The translations under genes were made by a program, and so were the position numbers. 64,000 nt of DNA from Candidatus Micrarchaeota archaeon (GTDB taxonomy: Archaea > Micrarchaeota > Micrarchaeia > Norongarragalinales > SBBD01), in NCBI GenBank assembly GCA_016212475.1, contig JACRGC010000002.1, positions 3,897-67,896 of the forward strand, read 5' to 3'. Under the pieces are notes generated by a model, which was not told the origin of the DNA, did not search any database, and saw only the letters and a list, made by a program, of their open reading frames with translations. Below, one piece after another: positions 40,688-48,726 of the stretch (positions are counted from its first letter, which is position 1; each line of letters starts with the position of its first letter).

Positions 40688-42079
40688 TCAAACTTTGGGC
40701 GCATTTTTAACCGCGCCTAGGGCTTTTTTTAGCATCCAAGGAATTATTATTGTTGTAATGAATGCCATGGACGCAATAATTGCGTATTCGGTTTCCGATA
40801 ACACCGCAGTTCCATCCGCAGTCAATGCTGTCAATCCGTAAAGGCCAATAATAAGGGCAATTTCTCCCCGGGGCACCATCCCTATCCCGACAATTAGGGA
40901 TTCCTTCAAATTGGTTCCGGTCAAGTATGCGCCAAATCCACATCCAATTATCTTGACCAATATCGCAATTATTGTGATGATGATTATTGGCACCAAATTG
41001 GAAAGCAATGCCGGAATATCCACCAGCATCCCAAGTGAAATGAAAAATATTGGCGTAAAGAATGCCTCAAGGGGATAAAATAACTCAAATAGCTTGCCTG
41101 TAAGCCTGCTGAAGTTGAGTGTTATGCCTGCGATGAACGCGCCAACAATTGCCGAAAGTCCGATGAATTCCGCAACGTAGGAATATGCGAGCACATATGC
41201 CAAAATTCCAAGGAATGTTGAATTCGAAATCTTTTCCACATCCAATTCCTTGTCAAAATACCTCTTAACGATCCGCTGGCCGACCAATATTCCTCCAACG
41301 ACGAATATGAATGCGGTGAAAACAACAGTTGCGAGTGGCGAAAGTATTTGCGCATTCAGTTCTGTTGGGAAATTGTTGATCAAACTTAGTACAAGAAGTG
41401 CAAGTATGTCATCTATTACCGCAGCTCCCAATATGACTTTGGAAAATTCCTTTTCCATGACCTTAAGTTCCGATAGGACTGCAACCGTAACCCCAACGCT
41501 TGTTGCAGTCAAAGCCGCGCCAAGGAACATCGAATAGCTAAAACCATGGCCCGTCATGCTTGCATAATAAAACCCTGCAAAAAATGGTATGATTACCCCC
41601 AAAAGGCCAACGATCAGGTTTTTCAAATTGAATATTTGCTTGATTTTGGAATGGAGCCCTATTTTGAACAAAAGTAAAATTGCGCCTAGCTGGGCAAATA
41701 CCTTGACAACCCCTTCAGTTGGGATTAAATGGGGCAATTGCGATGGCTGATTTATTGCAAAACCAAAAACGCCCAATAGCCAGATCAGGATTCCTGAAGC
41801 AAAAGGAAATAGTATTTTGATGGCACTAGGGCTGATTGCAACTCCTACAAGGAGCAATACCATGACGGTTGGCTGTTTTAGGTAAACAACCAGGAGTTCA
41901 GCCATAACAGCCGCTAAAAGAAGCAAGCTCAGCTCAAACCAGATTTTCTTGTCCTCCTGAACATCGGTAAATAGGGATGCACGAAGAACGGAAAAGAATA
42001 GAAGCAGGACTAAAGCGATGATCAGGAATACTGTGAAAGGAGTAAATTTTTTGGATATTTCCTGAATGTTTTTTTTCAT
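40688..42079 (-). CDS. Cation:proton antiporter (CPA2/NapA family)
   Basis: ATSVG.T, AAVIDD, GAF.AG, PRGE motifs; about 13 TMs. Confidence 0.92.
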   Translation of the reverse strand: MKKNIQEISKKFTPFTVFLIIALVLLLFFSVLRASLFTDVQEDKKIWFELSLLLLAAVMAELLVVYLKQPTVMVLLLVGVAISPSAIKILFPFASGILIWLLGVFGFAINQPSQLPHLIPTEGVVKVFAQLGAILLLFKIGLHSKIKQIFNLKNLIVGLLGVIIPFFAGFYYASMTGHGFSYSMFLGAALTATSVGVTVAVLSELKVMEKEFSKVILGAAVIDDILALLVLSLINNFPTELNAQILSPLATVVFTAFIFVVGGILVGQRIVKRYFDKELDVEKISNSTFLGILAYVLAYSYVAEFIGLSAIVGAFIAGITLNFSRLTGKLFELFYPLEAFFTPIFFISLGMLVDIPALLSNLVPIIIITIIAILVKIIGCGFGAYLTGTNLKESLIVGIGMVPRGEIALIIGLYGLTALTADGTAVLSETEYAIIASMAFITTIIIPWMLKKALGAVKNAPKV

Positions 42080-42341
42080 AACTAGTTATAATTTTCCGGA
42101 ATTAAAAAATCCAGCGCCTTGGCCGAGCACGGGGGGCCTCAAGCACAGCGCCTTGGATAAACCTACTCTCAAGTGTTGCTGAATAGCTACTGATTTGTAG
42201 CTGATTGGTACCCATTTATTTTATGCATTTCAGCCATTCAATAATTCAAACCCGATAAAAGCAATGGCAATTTACCCTTCCCTAAGTCTTCTCTATTAAT
42301 CAAACCAAAGCATTTAAAGTTTCATTTTTTGTACTACTATT

Positions 42342-43799
42342 ATGGTTTTCAATAAACCTTCGGAACTTGAATTGGAAAGCCTGCCTATAAAGAGCCGCAG
42401 GCTTGCCCGAATAATCTATTCCGATGGTGATAGCCCTGAGAAACGAGGCGCTTTTGGGGAAATAGGCGACTATACTGGAATTCCAGCCGGGCTTTATCCG
42501 CATACTCTAAACATTGCAAAAAATAGCCCTTCCGAATTTGACCGTATGTTAGCTGCAACTTCATTGGCAGAAGATCATTCCTCCGATGTTCTTGAAATCA
42601 TAAGCGCCGATAAATCCCCTATGGTAAAGGCTGCTTCTGCTATTTCGCTTAGCGAATACGGTGCATCTGAATACTGTACAAAAAAATTGTTCGATCTTTA
42701 TCCGACTGAAAAAAATGAGGAGGTTAGGGCGGCATATATTCAAACAATAGCTTCAGCTGGTTCTGATGATTATGCATTTGAGCCGTTGCTTAAGGCAAGC
42801 CGGGACGAATCGGAACTAGTTCGCGCCCAAGCAGCCATTGGTCTAGCAAAAAGTGAAAAAGGGAAATCAATAGCTGAAAAAATGCTTAAGACGGATAAGA
42901 GTGCATATGTCCGGGTTGCTGTTGCAGAAGAACTTAAATGTATGACTGACGAGCTAGTTTCCGAGGCTAACCGCATCATGAAAACGGCCAAGAACAAGAA
43001 AATGCAGGAAATTGCTTTTTATGCCATGTCATCAATCAGATCCGAACAAGCTCAAAAAGGGCTTCTCGATGCATTAAGGAGCAATAACGAAGTTATTCGT
43101 TGGATGGCGATAGATCGCATAAGCTTCTGGAATACTGAAAAAATATTTGGAGAAATTTTGAACATGACCGATGACAAATATTGGGTTGCAAGATCAAATG
43201 CCTGGGAAGCACTAGGGCGAATGAATCTTGATAAAACGGTTCCCCTTGTTTTGAAGAAATTGCACGAGGAAAAAGAATCCTTTGTTTGGGGGACAATGGT
43301 CAAATTAGTGGTTCAAAAGGACAAGATCAAGTTCCAAGAAATTATTGTTCATGAATTAGAAGGAAAGCGCCCTAAATTCAAACAATCTGCTTTGTTTAAT
43401 TTGTGCTATGAGGAAAAGGACAAAGCACTTCCAATAGTGGAAAAATTATTCATCGAAGGTCATCTAGACGATGTTCTCCAAATGCTCCCTTATCCGATTG
43501 CACAGGCTAAATCTTCAAAGGCTGTTGAAATCATCGATAAAATTATTAAGAAATCCGAAGATCCAGAAGTAAAAGTTGCATGCATTGATGCATTGACCCA
43601 AATCGGCTCATTTGGTGCTTATGATGTTGTAAAAACTCTAATTAAGGATAAAAACCCGGAAATAAGGGAAATGGCAATGAGGTCCGCTGACAATATCCAG
43701 AATTGGGGAAGATCGGATCCAGTTTCAAAACATGCAAATAAGGCTACTAATTCTGTAATTGGCAAGCTATCAACTTTTACTCGAAAACTATTCCGTTGA
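42342..43799 (+). CDS. HEAT-repeat (PBS lyase-like) protein
   Basis: Repeated D....VR..A...L units throughout. Confidence 0.85.
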   Translation: MVFNKPSELELESLPIKSRRLARIIYSDGDSPEKRGAFGEIGDYTGIPAGLYPHTLNIAKNSPSEFDRMLAATSLAEDHSSDVLEIISADKSPMVKAASAISLSEYGASEYCTKKLFDLYPTEKNEEVRAAYIQTIASAGSDDYAFEPLLKASRDESELVRAQAAIGLAKSEKGKSIAEKMLKTDKSAYVRVAVAEELKCMTDELVSEANRIMKTAKNKKMQEIAFYAMSSIRSEQAQKGLLDALRSNNEVIRWMAIDRISFWNTEKIFGEILNMTDDKYWVARSNAWEALGRMNLDKTVPLVLKKLHEEKESFVWGTMVKLVVQKDKIKFQEIIVHELEGKRPKFKQSALFNLCYEEKDKALPIVEKLFIEGHLDDVLQMLPYPIAQAKSSKAVEIIDKIIKKSEDPEVKVACIDALTQIGSFGAYDVVKTLIKDKNPEIREMAMRSADNIQNWGRSDPVSKHANKATNSVIGKLSTFTRKLFR

Positions 43800-43827
43800 T
43801 TCAGTTTGCAACAAAGAGCCTCCTTCT

Positions 43828-43937
43828 TTATTTCCTCCGCCTCTTCAATTCCTCCAGCACTTTCTGAAATTCAATCCTCCTGTTCTCAAGCCCTACTAGA
43901 GTAAAAAAAGCAAATCCGCAGCTTCCCAAACGACCTC
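43828..43937 (-). pseudogene. hisE: C-terminal relic of phosphoribosyl-ATP diphosphatase (HisE/HisIE)
   Basis: Restoring one T in a T7 run gives EVVWEAADLLFFTLVGLENRRIEFQKVLEELKRRRK*; begins immediately after the ATPase stop. Confidence 0.7.
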
Positions 43938-45323
43938 TCAATAAAAATCATCCAAATCGTAAGCCAAATAGCCTGCACTTTTAATTTTCTGTTTCTCCCC
44001 TATTTTCTTTGCTACAATCCCAAATTTTGTATTCGCGGGAAGTTTTGGCACATATTTTGCCTTGTTTTCCAAATTCATCAATACGTTTATAGCCTCGGAA
44101 TAGCCAAGTTCTTGCCATTTGAACTCAAAGGCATATGTTGTTTTTTGGTCTTTTCCGATCAAATCGATCTCATAGGCGTTTTTCCCTTTTTCAGCATCCG
44201 GGTTTTTGCCCCACTGGCGCTTTGCTTCTAAAAGTTTCAATTCGAAGGTCAGGAACTCCTTAGCTACTTTTTCAAAGCACCGCCCATAAGTGGAATTCAA
44301 GTTTTTCTTAATCGCAGTAAGGAATTCGGGCCTTCTGGCAACATAGTCCGAATAGTTTTTGTAAATTTGTGAAAACCAGAACTCAAGCAACGGATGCCTA
44401 ATCCTGTAAAAGCCTCTTTTCCCGCTATAAGGCATTTCGAGTTCAATCAGCTCGAAAAGATCTTTAAGCTCGTTGAGTTGTCGGGTGATCGATGTTGAAG
44501 GGGTATTCAAATAGCCTGCAATAGACGACAATGTGTTGTTTCCTGTTGCAATGGCCTCCAGAATCGAATAATATGTGCCGCTTCTGCCGCCGAATTCCTG
44601 CGAGAGGATGCTGTTCACTTCGTCTTCAAGTGGCGCATCCTTGGCCAAGAAAAGCGCTTCTATTATCTGCTCTGCGGTTTTTCCTTCCAGGCCGTTATCT
44701 TCCATGGAAACATAATATTTCGGGTAACCGCCAAACAGCATATGCGTTTTCAGCAGATTTTCCTTGGTCAGTTTCAATTCCTGCGCAATTTCAAGGCAGG
44801 CAGAAAATGTCAGTGGCTCGATTTTTTTGCTCTTTTTTATCCTCCCATAAAGCGGTTCCTTTGAGCCCTTGAAGAGTTTTTTCATCAAACCAATCAAGGA
44901 ACCTGAAAGAATTATCAAACCCGGTTTATCCTCATTCAGGTCGATGGTTTTTTGCAGGATTCCAAAAACCATTGGCTCGACAAAAGCAAAGTTCTGGAAC
45001 TCGTCAAAAACAATCGGAGGTGTCTTCCTTGTTGCAATGATTTCAAAAAACTTATCCCACGAATCGAGCACTTCCAAATCCTTGAGTATTCCGTTTTTCC
45101 TTAATATCTCCGAAAATTCGGCAAGCAGATCGGCCGAAGTCTTGTTCTTATTGACAAAAAAGTAGATCCCACTATCCTTCAGGAATTCTAAAAGCAGCCT
45201 TGTCTTTCCAACCCTTCGAAGGCCGTAAATGGCTACGGTAAACTGCCTCCTCTCCGAAAGCGTCTGCAATTCCCTCAATTCTTTGAGTTCGGCTACCCTA
45301 TCAATGAACCTCATTCCATTCAC
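43938..45323 (-). CDS. Archaeal AAA ATPase with wHTH and DUF234 PD-(D/E)xK domain
   Basis: FIDR..EL, YGLRRVGKT, FDEFQ, SGS, PLYGR, GGYP.Y, EIDL, FEFKW. Confidence 0.92.
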   Translation of the reverse strand: MNGMRFIDRVAELKELRELQTLSERRQFTVAIYGLRRVGKTRLLLEFLKDSGIYFFVNKNKTSADLLAEFSEILRKNGILKDLEVLDSWDKFFEIIATRKTPPIVFDEFQNFAFVEPMVFGILQKTIDLNEDKPGLIILSGSLIGLMKKLFKGSKEPLYGRIKKSKKIEPLTFSACLEIAQELKLTKENLLKTHMLFGGYPKYYVSMEDNGLEGKTAEQIIEALFLAKDAPLEDEVNSILSQEFGGRSGTYYSILEAIATGNNTLSSIAGYLNTPSTSITRQLNELKDLFELIELEMPYSGKRGFYRIRHPLLEFWFSQIYKNYSDYVARRPEFLTAIKKNLNSTYGRCFEKVAKEFLTFELKLLEAKRQWGKNPDAEKGKNAYEIDLIGKDQKTTYAFEFKWQELGYSEAINVLMNLENKAKYVPKLPANTKFGIVAKKIGEKQKIKSAGYLAYDLDDFY

Positions 45324-45324
45324 C

Positions 45325-45356
45325 TACTGAATTATTCAGTAACTGAATTATTTAAA
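45325..45356 (-). promoter_or_regulatory. Overlapping palindromic operator next to the TATA box of the ATPase gene
   Basis: TACTGAAT-T-ATTCAGTA overlapping ATTCAGT-A-ACTGAAT; TTTAAATA on the minus strand about 25 bp upstream of the start codon. Confidence 0.7.
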
Positions 45357-45777
45357 CCTTTCGGATCTTCTATTGTGCTTTATTTGCATTTCAGTATCAT
45401 TTTTAGCAAAGTTTGCCTTTAACTTTGCGTGTTTTGATACTTTGTACATTTGATTAGGCTATTCCGGAGTCCATTTACATAGGGACATGAATCTCATTAT
45501 TTAGTATACTGAACAATAGTTCGTACTTTCATTCACTATGTAATGCCAAAATAGGCAAAAAGCGAAATATTCCTCTGGCTTTCTAATTTCGGTTACTCTT
45601 AAGAGGGTCAAAAATGCCTTGTTTTCCCCTTTTATGAAGGGGCAAAGTTACCGCACATTTTGAATTTGAATGTAAGGCAACTTTTGTTTTTACGAACAAT
45701 AGCAGGTAACCCCACGGAAACTAATGGCTCACTATATTTGTGGAGTTAATGATGGTAACGTAACTGTAACGTTAACC

Positions 45778-45813
45778 TTTACCACACATTAACGGTCAAG
45801 AATGTGTGGTAAA
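45778..45813. repeat. Perfect 13-bp inverted repeat directly downstream of tRNA-Asp
   Basis: TTTACCACACATT-N10-AATGTGTGGTAAA. Confidence 0.8.
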
Positions 45814-45817
45814 ATCA

Positions 45818-46101
45818 CGCCTTGGCCGGGATTTCCTTGCCTGAAATTGGCGGAGCCGCAAAATCCTTTCTTTGGCGGAGCCACACGCCTTTCAATCAAA
45901 ACTATTTTTGATGAACCTTTTTTGAAAAAGGTTCAAAGAAAGGCAAGGCATTCGGACCCGGGTCAAGGGCTGTTTGTTAAACCGTTTTCTTCGATTCGAA
46001 AAAACTCACTTCCTTTTCTTTTTCCGAAGCGCTTTTTCTTTTCGAGAAAAGAAAAAGGTTTAGCGACAAGCCCCTATGCTGGACCACTACACTACCAAGG
46101 C
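45818..46101 (-). tRNA. tRNA-Asp(GTC) with two introns: 37/38 (46063-45972, 92 nt) and 59/60 (45950-45832, 119 nt)
   Basis: Spliced: GCCTTGGTAGTGTAGTGGTCCAGCATAGGGGCTTGTCG|AGCCCTTGACCCGGGTCCGAA|TCCCGGCCAAGGCG. Strict BHB at 37/38 (TTGT/ACAA, outer TAAACC/GGTTTA); relaxed BHB in the T-loop (TCC/GGA). Confidence 0.93.
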
Positions 46102-46220
46102 ATCTAAGGCTATTTCTTTGGGAAGCAACAAATAAAAAGGACTCGTTGGCGCAAAATCAGGTTGGCTTAATGGGCAAATTTGGTTGCTGTCAAAATCAAT
46201 CAACCCCAAAATAAGTCAAA

Positions 46221-46619
46221 TCAATTCTGCAAAAGTTTTTCCGCAAACTCTTCAAGTGCAGAATCTTCCTGCTCCTTGCTGGCTTCAAACATGATGAAGC
46301 CATCGCGTATGTTGTTTATTGCAAAGTAGAATAGAAAAATTATAAGCCCTGCAAGAAGGGGGTAAAGATACCTTGCAATATCCGGAATCCTTTCGGCAAA
46401 ATAGCCGTATAATACCGCAAGAAGAGTCGCAAGTGAAAAAATTACCGAAAGCACAATTGCCCCAATTGTCATCCTTCCAAACCCCTGGATTGAATTGGCT
46501 CCGGAAGCAGTGCGCAATACGTCCATGTTTTCCCGGATTTTTTGCCTTGTAATTATTTTTTGGGAAGGAGCTTGTGGAGCTATTAGCTGCCTTCTTTGAG
46601 ATTCGGGTGTTATTGCCAT
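46221..46619 (-). CDS. Membrane protein, 2 TM
   Basis: 132-aa ORF between two tRNA genes with two hydrophobic helices. Confidence 0.7.
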   Translation of the reverse strand: MAITPESQRRQLIAPQAPSQKIITRQKIRENMDVLRTASGANSIQGFGRMTIGAIVLSVIFSLATLLAVLYGYFAERIPDIARYLYPLLAGLIIFLFYFAINNIRDGFIMFEASKEQEDSALEEFAEKLLQN

Positions 46620-46670
46620 GAATTGGTAAATGCAAGGCTGCTTATAATTATTGCGAAAAGAAGAAGAAAA

Positions 46671-46973
46671 TCCCGCAGGCCAGAATTCCAGAATTTAATG
46701 AATTCGCCACAAAAACGTTTTCTTTTGTAGCGACCCTACTTTTCTTTTCGAAAAGAAAAGCCGGGTCGTTTGAACTGGCAACCGTCTGATATCTGGCAGG
46801 CGATTCGACTTCATGTGAAGTCAGCCGAACTACAGTTTCGTCATACCCTTTCTTTTTTTCCAAGGTTAGCGCATACGCAAAGGGCAAATTCCCTTTTTCT
46901 TTTCCGAAGCGCTTTTCTTTTTTGGGAAAAAGAAAAGGTTTGCAGACGCTCAGCCAGATTGAGCTACTGCGGG
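46671..46973 (-). tRNA. tRNA-Tyr(GTA) with three introns: 30/31 (46942-46837, 106 nt), 37/38 (46829-46791, 39 nt), 59/60 (46768-46685, 84 nt)
   Basis: Spliced: CCCGCAGTAGCTCAATCTGGCTGAGCGTCTG|ACTGTAG|ATCAGACGGTTGCCAGTTCAAA|TCTGGCCTGCGGGA. C1:G72 and A73 archaeal Tyr identity; BHB central helices CGTC/GACG, CTG/CAG and TTCA/TGGA. Confidence 0.93.
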
Positions 46974-47114
46974 ATAGTATTCATTTGCAGAAGGATATTT
47001 TTAAATGTATCAAATATGCCCTCGGATTTTGCCGCTTAATTCTTATCCTCCCCGTGCGTTTTTTTGGTTAAGTTTATAAATACTTTATGAGTAATGACGA
47101 ACAAGGTTGATCAC

Positions 47115-48608
47115 ATGACCATTAATTTCCGTTTTATTGGGCTATTTTTCTTGCTATTGATTGCAGTTGCCTCTTTTGCGCATGCAGCGGATAAAACCGT
47201 TGATTCCGAAGCGCGCAAATACGTTTTGAAGGGCGAATCGGCGTCATATTTGATTTTAGCCAACATCACCGGAGGAAAAACCTACTATGTCGTGCAAATT
47301 GATGAGAAAAATTCATTTGTTTTTGATGAAAAGATAAACCCTGTGCTTGATGAGTCGATTCTTCTTGAAGTGCTAAAGGAATATTACAAGCAAAGCGGAG
47401 CAACTGGCTTTACTGAAAACAGCAAAACCGAATTACTCTCCAAATTCAACCAATCAGATGCGCTGTTCAACGCTTGCCACTATGAGTTTTACGAATTCGT
47501 TGAGACGAATTTCTTCTGGGCGCAGTTCAGATGCGTTGATGCTTCAACCGGCAAGGTTTGCGATGCCGCTTTTGCGCAAAGGAAAAGATGGAAGGATGCC
47601 TGGGAAATTTACCGAGAAAAAATACAGCTTTTGAAAACCGCTGCCTCCAAGTCGGAAACCGTGTCCGCACTTGAGCAGATTGAAACTGCTGCAAAGAAAG
47701 CAAAAAATGAAACATTATTCATGGATACCCCGGGCGGTTTTGAATACTTCCTTGGAAAGCCGATGAGCGAGGAAAACAAGTGCTTGTTCCAATACGGGCT
47801 TGTTGATGATGTGATTGCGCTTTCAGCGCCCGCAATGAGGAACAAAATCACCGATATCAATACCGAAGCAAAAGAACTAATCAATATCTACAATTCAAGG
47901 AAGGATGTTGTAAAAGTCAAGGAGCTTCAATCTGAAGGCGCAACCGTATTGCAAAAGGCGGTCAATGCAACCGATTTCATTCGAATCAAGTTCGGGCCAA
48001 CCGACCAAAAATTCAAGGAAATTGAAGCCTCCTATGAAAAACTTAGGAGTGCAACCACTTTAGAATTAGCTTCAAAGAATTTCAATGACATGAAAACCAA
48101 ATATGATGAGCTCCAAAGCATAATCAACAACCCGGAAGGGCTGCTTTCGACTTACAACCGGACTTTTACCAACATAAATGCAGCTGAAATTGCAATCGAA
48201 GCTTCCAAGAAAAAATACGGAAACAATGACGATCGCGTGATCAAGATGAGCAATGAGCGCATCGAGCTTTCAAACCAGCTTGGAGCAATTGACAAGCGGA
48301 TGGCAAACAACTCGGTTGTCACTGCAAAGGAAATCAAGGAAATCGGCGACAAAGCTGAAAATCTCAAGAACCGGGCGCTTGGATTGCCATCAAAGCAAAA
48401 CGAGCTTGATCTTTCAGTAATTGCCGCAATTGTTGTGATTGTAGTTGCAATTATCGGCGTAATTCTGATGAAAAAAAGAAAATCTGGCGGCAATCACAAG
48501 GAAGTTAGCATAAAGGATGTGATGGGCTCTGGAACCGAAAAAAGGCAGCTCGAGCGCGAAAAGGTCGACGAGTCGCAAAACAGGAAGGCGATGTTCCCCA
48601 AGCTATGA
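47115..48608 (+). CDS. Exported coiled-coil protein with C-terminal TM anchor
   Basis: Signal peptide ending AHA, helical body with four Cys, TM followed by KKRK; start 47094 or 47115. Confidence 0.8.
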   Translation: MTINFRFIGLFFLLLIAVASFAHAADKTVDSEARKYVLKGESASYLILANITGGKTYYVVQIDEKNSFVFDEKINPVLDESILLEVLKEYYKQSGATGFTENSKTELLSKFNQSDALFNACHYEFYEFVETNFFWAQFRCVDASTGKVCDAAFAQRKRWKDAWEIYREKIQLLKTAASKSETVSALEQIETAAKKAKNETLFMDTPGGFEYFLGKPMSEENKCLFQYGLVDDVIALSAPAMRNKITDINTEAKELINIYNSRKDVVKVKELQSEGATVLQKAVNATDFIRIKFGPTDQKFKEIEASYEKLRSATTLELASKNFNDMKTKYDELQSIINNPEGLLSTYNRTFTNINAAEIAIEASKKKYGNNDDRVIKMSNERIELSNQLGAIDKRMANNSVVTAKEIKEIGDKAENLKNRALGLPSKQNELDLSVIAAIVVIVVAIIGVILMKKRKSGGNHKEVSIKDVMGSGTEKRQLEREKVDESQNRKAMFPKL

Positions 48609-48726
48609 AAAGGCACTTCTTTTTGCTTTTTTTATTTTTTCTTCTTTTCTTGTGTTTACCTATTTTTTTTGTTTTTCAATTGCCCAATTAGGGTTAAAAA
48701 TATCCGCATTCCTATTATTTGCCTAT

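Noticed and set aside
46012-46058. Reading the T/A-tract hairpins as intrinsic terminators
   Set aside because: They lie inside BHB-bounded introns, and no U-tail follows the hairpin on the transcribed strand.
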